Assembly (NCBI GenBank): GCA_024707305.1
Contig: JANPZZ010000010.1
Span: forward strand, 45,531-109,530
Length of the DNA: 64,000 nt
Direction of reading: 5' to 3'
Origin: Chitinophagaceae bacterium
GTDB taxonomy: Bacteria > Bacteroidota > Bacteroidia > Chitinophagales > Chitinophagaceae
The first letter of the stretch is position 1. Each line of letters opens with the position of its first letter. Positions 7,407-17,117 of the stretch are shown here, in pieces. Below the pieces are notes generated by a model. It did not search any database. It worked only from the letters and a program-made list of their open reading frames with translations, and was not told the origin of the DNA. The translations under genes and the position numbers were made by a program.

Positions 7407-9864
7407 CCCGCCGCGCGGTTGTTGATTATTTTTCAGAAACGTAAGTACTTCAGCACGACCATTTTCAATCACTCTTATTTTATACACACCCGCTGGCCAT
7501 GATTGAGACGAAACTGTGATAGGGTTGCCGGTATGTACGGATTGATACAACTTTTGTCCATTTGCATTTATTACAATGACAGTAGATGTACCGTTGGATT
7601 CCTTTTGTAATTGTATATCTCCATTTGAAGGATTGGGATATACACGCAATTTAGATTGTTCCGTTACCACCAGTTTCCTGATTGCGCTATACGACTGGCG
7701 GTTATCATTATCAACCTGGAGTAGACGATAATAATGTGTACCGGCTGTTAAGTCACGATGTTTGAACTGGTATGATTTCAACTGCTCACTATTGCCTGCA
7801 GCAGCAACCACACCCAACTGCTCCCATGCTTGTGCATCAACGCTATGCTGAATCCTAAACTCGCGGCTGTTTTGTTCGGAAGCAGTTGACCAGGTAAGCA
7901 GTCCATCTCCTGCCTGCAGTTTTGCATCAAATTGTTTCAACTGCACAGGTAAGGTAGAACCATAGTTCACTAAAAACTTATGATCATTCGATCCCAACAT
8001 CGCAAACTGATTTCCACTTGCAACTATACAGTTAATTTCACTCGCAGCGTTGGTAGCATGTGTAGACCAGTTAATGCCATCTGTAGATAGGAGGAAGATT
8101 GCATTCCCTGCATTTAGGTCCATTGCTGTTGCAACAAATTTTCCATTTGAATACTCCAGCACGTTTTCGGTGAAATATGAACCCGGGAGTACTCCACCCG
8201 TTACGCTTATGTTACCCTTGTTGGTATAACTACCCGCGTCGGCGGGATTAGTGGTTGTCAATGAGAGAAACTCATAATACCAGTCACTTCCAATCATCAC
8301 ATATTTTGAACCATCCCAGGCAACATCGTTGTACAAGTATGACCCATAACCCGAAGGAGTTTTATCGCTCCACGACGTTCCATCCGTCGAATGCATCACA
8401 ATTCCCTCGTAGGTAATGGGATGAAGGCCAACTGCAAAGTATTGTCCATTTACATAACGAATTCGGCTGTATACATAATCCACGGAGTTCACTGTTGTCC
8501 AGGTAATCCCATCTGTAGACGTTTGAATAATACCAGTACCCCCGTTTGTTCCAACAGCCACATAACGAGTGCCATCATAAATCATGGAGTAAAAGAAAGT
8601 TGAGGGAGTTGAAAGCGTGGTCCAGGAAACGCCGTCAGGTGAAGTTGCTATGATCTTATCACCCGCAGCTACAAAACGTGATCCATCCCAAATCACCGAA
8701 TACAAAGTCGGTATTCTTTCCGTCAACTGATTCGTCCAGGTATTAAAATCGGTGGATGAGAAAATCTGTCCCGACGAACCAAGATAGCCTACGCCCACAT
8801 AAGTGCCGCTGTTGTTTTTTTGCCAGGCTATTAAAATTCGATCCCAGATGTTTGTAAACAACTCCATCTGATGAAGTCACGATCCCTTCATTTCCCCACT
8901 GAAAATATTTACCATTGGCATATGCAGAACCATGACCAACGATGTAGGCCGATTGTGGTTGAAGCGTAAATGCAGTTCCATCCGTTGAAACAAACACACT
9001 ACCGTATGAACCCGGATAATATCCTGTTCCTCCGTAAAAAATCCAACGAGTGCCATCGTATATGCCATTGAATGCGTGATGGGGACTACTAAAGGGTTGT
9101 ACAGTTGAATTAGGAAGTGTAACCTCCATCAATGGAGAACTGTTTGTCCAGCTTGATGCATTTGTAGAAGTATAGATGGATGTACCTGATGTAAAAATAT
9201 AAAACCTGTCGCCAATGTATTGCAGCTTGTTGAGTGTACCCGGTGCTCCAATGGAGGTAAATGTCCAGGAGTTCGCTGCGGCTGTTGCAGAATAGTAAAT
9301 ATAAAGTCCAATCGAAAAATTATTCCGTGCACCAATCGCAAAAATACCGTTACCATAGTCAATATTCACGAGAACGTCTGTGTTCGTGCCCGTGTTTATA
9401 GATACAGATGTCCACGTAATGCCGTCTGCCGATTGCAGTAACGTACGGTTTTGCCCTACTACATAAAAAGTCCCGTTTAAAAATTTTACTTCGTTCAATA
9501 ATACTGCAGTTCCTGAGCTGCGACCGGTCCATGTGATGCCGTCGGGAGAAGTAGCAATTAAACCATTGCTGCCTACAACAACAAACAATCCGGCTCCGAA
9601 AGCCAGGCTTTGAAGCGAACCATTTGGCATAGTAACATTTTGTACCCTCGTCCAGTTTTCTCCATCTGTAGAACGGATCACAACTTTATTTGAGAAAACG
9701 CCAACGTAGGTTGAATTTCCCCAGGCAACCCCTTTCCCTGGTTCACCCACCTGCAAACCTTGCGTTATAGTAATGGTGGGAGTTTGAGCCTGAAGTACTG
9801 AAGCACTAAAAAAAGAAATGAAAATTGTAGCAAATACAATAATACGAAAGGGCCGAGCCAACAT
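7383..9864 (-). pseudogene. BNR/Asp-box repeat beta-propeller protein with T9SS C-terminal sorting domain (one frameshift near 8860)
   Basis: ORF 8743..9864 has a signal peptide and repeated SxDGxxW motifs (STDGENWT, SPDGITWT, SADGITWT). ORF 7383..8867 continues the same repeats and ends in a Por-secretion tail (VYPNPSNGDIQLQ ... GVYKIRV). The two fragments overlap out of frame. Confidence 0.7.
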
Positions 9865-9992
9865 AGTATTAGATTTTAGTCAGGTGCGGGGCAAGTTCTT
9901 CCCAATTATTTGCATTTCCAATAAGTGGAAATACTTAACCTGTGTTGTCGTAAAATGAGAATTAGCTTAATAAGCAGGAAACTCCGACCGGG

Positions 9993-11477
9993 TTACAACT
10001 CCTTCCTCAACCGGGCTACCGGTATGTTGAGTTGTTCGCGGTATTTGGCCACCGTGCGTCGCGCAATATTGTATCCTTTCTCCTGGAGTAATTCAGTCAG
10101 GCGTTCGTCTGAAAGTGGGCGCTTTTTGTTTTCGCCTTCAATCAGGTTGCTCAGTATCTTTTTCACCTCGCGCGTTGATACTTCTTCGCCACTCTCCGTG
10201 CTCAATGATTCACTGAAGAAAAACTTGAGACGATAAGTACCAAATTCAGTTTGTACAAACTTGCTGTTGGCAACACGGCTTACTGTAGAGATATCGAGGT
10301 TGGTAAGTTCAGCAATATCTTTCAGGATCATCGGACGCAGGCTGGTTTCATCACCCGTAATAAAGAAATCGTACTGGTGGTTCATAATAGCCGTCATGGT
10401 GCTCAACAATGTGTGCTGGCGTTGCTTGATGGCGTCAATAAACCATTTTGCTGCGTCAATTTTTTGTTTGATAAAAAGAACGGCTTCTTTTTGGCGTTTA
10501 TCTTTCTTTGCTCCGCGCTCGTATTCTTTCATCATATCGCGGTAACCTTCGCTGATGCGCAGTTCGGGAGCGTTGCGCGAGTTGAGTGTAAGCTCCAGCT
10601 TCCCACCATTATTCATAATGAAGAAATCGGGCACCACATAACTTTCTGCCTTGTTGATGCCGCCGACATTACCGCCTGGTTTGGGATTGAGTTTTACAAT
10701 TTGTTGCATTACTTCTTTCAGCTCGTCTTCTTCAATCGACAAACCGCGTTGTATTTTCTCGTAATGCTTTTTAGTAAACTCGTCGAAGTATTTGCTAAGC
10801 GCCTGGATCGCGGTGTCTACGTCGCGGCCTTCTTCCTTCTGACGTTGTAATTGTAATAAGAGACATTCCTGCAGATCGCGCGCAGCAACACCGGGAGGAT
10901 CAAAGCGCTGAATGCGACGAATCATTTCTTCTACTTCTTCTTCTGTAGCAATGAGGTTCTGGCGAAATGCGAGATCATCAACAATCGCTGAAGTTTCACG
11001 GCGCAGGTAGCCATCCTCGTCGATACTGCCTACAATTTGTTCAGCAATCTTTTGTTGCTTTTCATCCAGCTTTAATAATCCAAGCTGGTTTAATAGCGTT
11101 TCATAAAAACTGGCTTCTGTTTTAAAAGGAACCTGTTTTTCTGTTTCTTCTCCGTAATTATCATCGCGTGTACGATAATCAGCTACCTCATCATCACCAT
11201 CATGCACATATTCACTTACATCCACATTTTCATAATCTTCTTCGCTGCCGGTCTTCTCTTCGTATTCTGTGTCGGCTTCGCTGCTGAATTCATCAGCAAT
11301 CTCCTCCTGCCCTGCTTCGCCCTGGTCGTCCAGTTCCAATGCAGGGTTTTCTTCCAGTTCTTCTTTGATGCGCTCTTCCAAATTTGCCGTAGGCACCTGC
11401 AGCAACTTCATCAGTTGAATTTGCTGAGGCGACAATTTCTGTAACAGCTTCTGTTGTAACGATTGGCTTAAGGCCAT
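9993..11477 (-). CDS. rpoN: RNA polymerase sigma-54 factor
   Basis: 494-aa ORF with an N-terminal glutamine/leucine-rich region (LQQKLLQKLSPQQIQLMKLLQ), an acidic linker and a C-terminal RpoN box (ARRTVAKYREQLNIP). Confidence 0.92.
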   Translation of the reverse strand: MALSQSLQQKLLQKLSPQQIQLMKLLQVPTANLEERIKEELEENPALELDDQGEAGQEEIADEFSSEADTEYEEKTGSEEDYENVDVSEYVHDGDDEVADYRTRDDNYGEETEKQVPFKTEASFYETLLNQLGLLKLDEKQQKIAEQIVGSIDEDGYLRRETSAIVDDLAFRQNLIATEEEVEEMIRRIQRFDPPGVAARDLQECLLLQLQRQKEEGRDVDTAIQALSKYFDEFTKKHYEKIQRGLSIEEDELKEVMQQIVKLNPKPGGNVGGINKAESYVVPDFFIMNNGGKLELTLNSRNAPELRISEGYRDMMKEYERGAKKDKRQKEAVLFIKQKIDAAKWFIDAIKQRQHTLLSTMTAIMNHQYDFFITGDETSLRPMILKDIAELTNLDISTVSRVANSKFVQTEFGTYRLKFFFSESLSTESGEEVSTREVKKILSNLIEGENKKRPLSDERLTELLQEKGYNIARRTVAKYREQLNIPVARLRKEL

Positions 11478-11841
11478 AGTTATAAAGTGGATTTAAGCGG
11501 ACGGTGACTTCAAAAATTTTGGAAGGCCGGCCTATCATCAAAAATCAGGCCGTAAAATTACGGAACTATGATATACAAACCCGCGAACGCATTTTTTTTC
11601 CTTGTTGTTGTGCGTGGGGTGACATTTCCCCGTAAAATAAAAATGCCCCGGTTACAGGTTCAAACCAGCCTCAAAATCAACTCACTAATAAGAATTTACA
11701 AACCGTAAAAAATCTTCCTGTATAGTTAGGAAAATTCTGTGCCAAAAAATTTTTTCCTGCGGAAAAAATTTTTGCTGCGACAGGTGTTCTTTCAGGTATT
11801 TGAAAGGTTGTGGGTAAAGGTAGGTTGCTGTGTTGTTGCCA

Positions 11842-11900
11842 ACATCGATCATCGACATCGATCATCGTTCATCGACCATCGTTCATCTATCATCGATCAT
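11842..11900. repeat. one-armed RTCATCG heptamer array
   Basis: Read directly: acatcgatcatcgacatcgatcatcgttcatcgaccatcgttcatctatcatcgatcat. The stop codon of the downstream gene (11890-11892) lies inside the array. Confidence 0.75.
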
Positions 11901-13114
11901 TCAGCCACGGCATCTCCGGAATCAATGCCGGCACCTTATAGTAGTTGTTGCGCAGGCTATCATTCCAGCCGTTGGGGTTATTGTCAAATGTTTTTGAACT
12001 GAAGTAAATACTGCCGTGAATATTTTCGCTTTTACGCAGGAGCTTTATCTGGTTAGGCAACTCATTAGGATTCTTCCACGCGAGAGAGCGTTCATTTACT
12101 CTGTAAATACCGTGGCCGATGTATACGTGTCGGCCATAACTGTTTTTCGCCCACCAGTCCAGCATCGTTTTATAATCAATTTTGTCATGGCCGATTTCAA
12201 GATATAACTGAGGAGCTACATAATCGATCCAGCCTTTTTTCCAACCAAAGAAGAATGTCGGCATAGAGATCGTCGTAATTCGTTTGACCGGCTTTTGTAT
12301 TGCTACCACGCTCGTCTTTATCCTTGTTGCGCCACACACTGAAAGGAGAGATGCCAAATTTCACTTTTGGTTTCACCTGCCTGATGGCAACATGCAGTTT
12401 TTTTATAATTGAATCCACATTGCTGCGGCGCCAGTCGTCTTTGCTGAGTTTACTTCCTGATTTAACGTATGCAGCTGCATCAGGAAATTCTTTTCCGGCA
12501 ATACGATAAGGATAGAAGTAATCATCCATATGAATCGCATCCACATCGTAGCGGCTTACAATATCCTGCACCACTTTTACCACAAAAGCCTGCGCCTGTT
12601 TATTCGATGGTTCGAAGTATTTTTTGTCACCGTACGTTACAAACCAGTCGGGGTGCAGTTTGGTAACATGATTGGATGCGATAGAAGCTGTTTTTACATT
12701 GAAGTTGGCTCTATAAGGGTTCAGCCATGCATGAAATTCCATTCCTCTTTTATGCGCTTCATCAATCATGAACTGCAGTGGGTCGTAATAAGGAGTGGGT
12801 GCTTTGCCCTGAGTACCCGTAAGCCACTGGCTCCAGGGTTCAAGTGAAGAGGGGTAAAATGCATCACCCGAAGGACGCACCTGCACAATCACCGCATTCA
12901 TACCATTTTTCTTATGCATATCCAGTATCCGAATATAGTCAGCACGTTGATTGGTGGGATTATTATAATCGGCACGTTTTGGCCAGTCAATATTATCTAC
13001 TGTGGCAATCCATACACCGCGGAATTCATGCGTAGGTTGCGCAAATAATTGTACTGAAACAAAAAGCAAAAACAGAAAGGATAGTTTTTTCAAAAGCATG
13101 GTAATATTATTCAT
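11890..13114 (-). pseudogene. glycoside hydrolase family 10-like (YngK/GHL10-type) secreted protein, one frameshift at T6 run 12235-12240
   Basis: ORFs 12197..13114 (signal peptide, FRGVWIATVDNIDWP) and 11890..12357 join if one base is removed from the homopolymer. The restored reading is LLWLEKGWIDYVAPQLY. Confidence 0.65.
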
Positions 13115-13262
13115 AATCGGGTGTGAAGGTAGCGCTAATTACCCTGCAACAAAAGATGTAAAGGCTTGATAATTTGTTAATTCAAATATTTCTGTCGCCT
13201 TTTTAAACTTATAAATATTAAACAGTCTAACGCGGGCTTTTGAAAGAATGCAGCGCTGCGTT

Positions 13263-13739
13263 TTATTTTTCCCTGATCTTATCAAGCAGTTCACTTAGCT
13301 GTGCTGCTTCTTTTTTACTGAGGTTACTGAGAATGCCATCCATCTCATCCTGGCGAATATCGAGACGTTCCAGTAATTTTTTCCCTTTATCTGTAATGAT
13401 CACATCCACCAGTCTGCGATCTGTTTTGCAAACAGCCTTCTTCACCAACCCCTTTGCAATCAATCGGTCTACAATGCGACTGGTATCACTCATTTTATCC
13501 AACATACGATCACGGATCTGCAGCGTTGATAAGGGCTGCGGAAAACTGCCCCGCAATATGCGAAGGATGTTGAACTGCTGCGACGTAATGTCTTCCGAAG
13601 CAAATATTGCTTTCGACTTTTCCGTCATCCAGTTGTGTGTATAAACCAGGTTTATATACGCCTTCTGGTATTCGTTGCGAAATTTCGCCTGGTGGATATC
13701 CTGTTCAATGCCCATGGTACGATCGTTTAATTGCATCAA
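13263..13739 (-). CDS. MarR family transcriptional regulator
   Basis: 158-aa ORF with a winged-helix region (ITSQQFNILRILRGSFPQPLSTLQIRDRMLDKMSDTSRIVDRLIAKGLV). A TAACTTTG (TAnnTTTG-type) box lies on the minus strand at 13756-13763. Confidence 0.8.
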   Translation of the reverse strand: MMQLNDRTMGIEQDIHQAKFRNEYQKAYINLVYTHNWMTEKSKAIFASEDITSQQFNILRILRGSFPQPLSTLQIRDRMLDKMSDTSRIVDRLIAKGLVKKAVCKTDRRLVDVIITDKGKKLLERLDIRQDEMDGILSNLSKKEAAQLSELLDKIREK

Positions 13740-13877
13740 TGAAAACCAACTTATGCAAAGTTAATGGTTAAACATCGATTTTATAGTGTTGTCGGCGCTT
13801 ACTGTCAAATTTAGGAAGTCTTTATAATGCAAGAGGGATATTGGCTTACGAAACCTGAAAGATTGGGATGAATTGTG

Positions 13878-14907
13878 TTAGTCGCCCCACACTTTGGTTC
13901 CTTCCGAACAATTGGCACAGATGTCAATCTCTTTCCGTCCGCGTAAAATGCGTGCACGAAAAGCGCGGTACTCACCATTTTTTCCAGATATCACGGAAGC
14001 TCTCGTTGCGCAGGTTGCCCATACGATACTGTGCATCTTTATCAAAGCAACAGGGGGCAACCAGCCCGTCCCAGGTAATAACAGGATCGTGCCACAAACG
14101 CCAGCACTGATTTTGCATTTTGCCTTTAAAGCGCGTGCCCTGTGGTGTTTTTTTATAACGGCTGTATTCTTCTCGTGTCGGTATCAGGTTATTGGGATCG
14201 TTTTCATAATCGTAAATCTGTGCGGTTTTAAACCACACGTCGTCTACGCCTATTTCCTTACCCAGTTTTTTTACATCTTCAATCTGGTGCTCGTTAGGTT
14301 GTACCACCAGAAACTGAAATACCACAAAAGGTTTGGTGCTCTTCAGTTCTTTTTCCATTTTACAATGTTGCGGGCGCCTTCAATTACTTTATTAAGTTGT
14401 CCGCCCACGCGGTATTGTTCATATACTTCCTGCGTGGTGCCATCAATGGAAATGATGAGACGATCGAGTCCGCTTTCAATGGTGCGTCGCGCATTTTCAT
14501 CCGTCAGGTAATGCGCATTGGTAGATGTGGCCGTGTAGATCTTTTTTATCAGAAGCATACTTCACCATCTCCAAAAAGTTGGGATTGAGATAGGGTTCGC
14601 CCTGGAAATAAAATACGAGATACAGCAACTCCCGGTGCATCTCGTCGATCGTTTGCCGGAAGAAGTCTTTTTGCAACATGCCCGTTGGCCTCGTAAAGGA
14701 CCTTAACCCACTGGGGCACTCAGGGCAGCGAAGATTACAGAAATTGGTAGGCTCAAATGAAATGGAAATGGGATAACCCCATTGTACCGGTTTCTTTGTC
14801 CATTTACTGATGTAATAGCTGCTCCAAACCTTTAACCCATTCCACAACCTTCGCGCGGTCAGCTTCGATAAAAGATTTTTTGCATCCTGGGTATGAAAAC
14901 GGGACAT
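13878..14907 (-). pseudogene. radical SAM/SPASM domain protein, three frameshifts as sequenced
   Basis: Four overlapping fragments read continuously (14497..14907, 14343..14558, 13972..14358, 13878..14060). They carry FCNLRCPECPSG (CxxxCxxC), ISIDGTTQEVYEQYR, and SPASM-like cysteines (APCCFDKD .. ICANC). Confidence 0.7.
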
Positions 14908-14930
14908 GAGGCAAAGTTAGCGGGTTTACA

Positions 14931-15158
14931 GGAGGAATTGAGGGGGGAAGATGGGGGATGGGGGATGGTGGATGGGGGATGGAGGATGGTGGATGGGGGA
15001 TGGAAGATAGGGGAGGGAAGATAGGGGATGGAGGATGTATTTTTAGAGTGGGGGAAACCCGATCTTGCATTTAAATGGGGTATGTTTCCGCTCGCCCGGT
15101 CCTTCCACCATCCACCATCCCCCATCCTTCCTCCTTCCACCATCCACCATCCCCCATC
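14931..15158. repeat. hairpin element: GGGGATG-type 7-nt arm (14931-15037), 63-nt centre, CCATCCC-type arm (15101-15158)
   Basis: Read directly: gatgggggatgggggatggtggatgggggatggaggatggtggatgggggatgg ... ccaccatccaccatcccccatccttcctccttccaccatccaccatcccccatc. Confidence 0.85.
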
Positions 15159-15161
15159 AAT

Positions 15162-16579
15162 TTACACTTTCACCATCTTCCACTTCCCTTTCCGGAAAAT
15201 GAAATAAGCCGCGATGGCGATGGCGGTTTCGGCAACGGGGATGGCAATGAACGCCCCTACGGGACCCCAACCCAGCACCATTGCCAACAATATTCCCAAC
15301 GGGATCTGAAAAAGCCAGAATCCAAAGAAATTGATCAGTGTAGGCGTTTTTGTATCGCCGGCCCCATTAAGTGTTTGTATCATCACCATACCAATTCCAT
15401 AAAAAATGTAACCGGCGCCGATAATCTGCAACGCCTGCGCGCCGATGTCGACAACAGCAACATCATTTGAAAAAATGCTGATGATGGCTCCTGGGAAAAA
15501 CACAAACAAAACCGTAACGAATGACATAAACACAGCATTGTACTTCGCTGTAAGCAATGCACTGGTTTCCGCACGCTCAGGTTTTCCGGCGCCCAGGTTC
15601 TGACCCACCAGGGTTGCAGCCGCATTACTTAATCCCCATGCAGGAAGTATAAAGAATATTACATTGCGCATGGCTACCTGGTATCCTGCCGATGCTTCGG
15701 TACCGCCCGTATGCGCCACCAGCCATGCCAGCACTACCCAGCTGCCAGAAGCCAGCACAAATTGAAATGTTGCAGGCCATGCAAGTTTTGTGAGTGACTT
15801 CAACACGGTGAAATCGGGAAGAAAATCGGCTTTCTTCATGCTGATATTTCCCTTGCCACGCCACAGGTGCCAGCATTGATATAACACACCCACACCGCGG
15901 CTAATGGTAGTAGCCACTGCTGCACCTTCCAGTCCCATGCGAGGGAACGGCCCCAGGCCTTTAATCAATACCGGACAAAGGATAATATTGAGTATGCTCG
16001 CCAGCCAAAGACTTTGCATGGCCATTACAGCATTGCCGGCTCCACGGAAAATACCATTGATCAAAAAAGTAAAACGATCACAACACTACCTCCCAGCATA
16101 ATCCGCGCGAAATTCGTCCCTTCTTTCACCACATCGGGTTCGGCACCCATGATGCGAAGAACATCCGCAGCAAATACAAATCCGAGTATGCTGATAATGA
16201 TTGTGACCAGTAATGAAATAATAATCGCCTGCGCACCTGCATGCGATGCCCCTTCGCGATTCTTCTCTCCAATACGTCGTGCTACCGTAGCAGTAGCTGC
16301 TATACTTAATCCCATCGCGATGGCGTACACCAACGATATTACAGACTCGGTAAGTCCCACCGTTTGGATCGCATTCTTTCCCAATTCTCCTACGAAATAC
16401 ATATCCACCACAGCGAAAACGCTCTCCAACCCCAACTCAAGAATCATGGGTATGGCAAGTAATACAATTGCTTCGCGAATGCTTCCTGATGTATAATCAC
16501 GCTCTTCGCCACGCAGCGTTTGACGTATAAGTGCCCGGTAACGGGCAGATTTATTCCTGTTTGTCCCGGTTTGCGACAT
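15162..16579 (-). pseudogene. MATE family efflux transporter, one frameshift at A6 run 16063-16068
   Basis: ORFs 16061..16579 and 15162..16064 abut out of frame. Both are polytopic membrane sequence typical of MATE (N-terminal IREAIVLLAIPMILE .. VDMYFVG). Confidence 0.75.
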
Positions 16580-17117
16580 ATACCAATCTTGTTATGTAGT
16601 TGAATAAAATGAAATCACCCGCGTTCATCGGGTATCAACAGCGCTCGATGTTGTGTTCAACATCAGTGGTTTTTTAACAGATGGAGGAAACCCTCCCTTA
16701 ACACTTCATAGTTCGTAAGATTTGCAGAAAAACAAAGATAATGCAAACCCTTAATTCCTATATATGCATCAGAATTTTTATACATCAAAGGAGGATTAGG
16801 CTGATAGGCGGACGCCGACAGCATTGACGCGTGTATGAACTGAATATAAGATTTTGATTAAACGCAAATCTTTTTCGGTTTTTGAAACGATCCGCTCAAA
16901 AAACAATGGCTTCCACTTAGTTTTGAGTGTAAATCAGACATTTATTGCCCGGGATGGCGTATACAATCAAATTTTTTGGTTATTTTAATCGAATCATTTT
17001 GATGCTGTTGCGAGCATTTTTAATCCTTCCTGTAAAAACCGGTTAAGCTGATTTGTTCAAAACCCTATCGATGTACTTAAAACCGGATAGCCCGGCTCCT
17101 ACGCTAATCGTATACAC

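Noticed and set aside
8743-8867. Overlapping out-of-frame ORF pairs as programmed ribosomal frameshifts or genuinely separate genes. Examples are 8743-8867, 12197-12357, 16061-16064, 18169-18263 and 26342-26403.
   Set aside because: There are no slippery-heptamer-plus-pseudoknot contexts. The shifts sit at simple homopolymers, occur in about 20 unrelated genes, and the repeat or domain structure continues seamlessly across each junction.
13740-14907. A radical SAM/SPASM gene acting as the core of a RiPP (peptide-modification) cluster.
   Set aside because: I found no small precursor-like ORF, peptidase or transporter adjacent. The neighbours are a MarR regulator and a glycoside hydrolase-like gene. 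The N-terminal membrane segment and wide conservation of this architecture argue for a housekeeping or envelope role.
14804-15143. ORFs 14804..15070 and 14859..15143 (minus strand) and the start of 15075..15470 (plus strand). They have PPSSIPHPPS-type proline-rich repeats.
   Set aside because: They are translations of the GGGGATG/CCATCCC arms, which are open on both strands. They overlap the radical SAM start and the MATE end.
16580-17117. The 538-bp intergenic region between the MATE transporter and the first kinase, as a possible ncRNA or an additional hairpin element.
   Set aside because: I found only short local hairpins (for example ggagg-aaac-cctcc near 16683-16697), no oligomer arrays and no recognisable RNA motif. 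It is probably just a divergent promoter region, but it remains unverified without RNA-seq.
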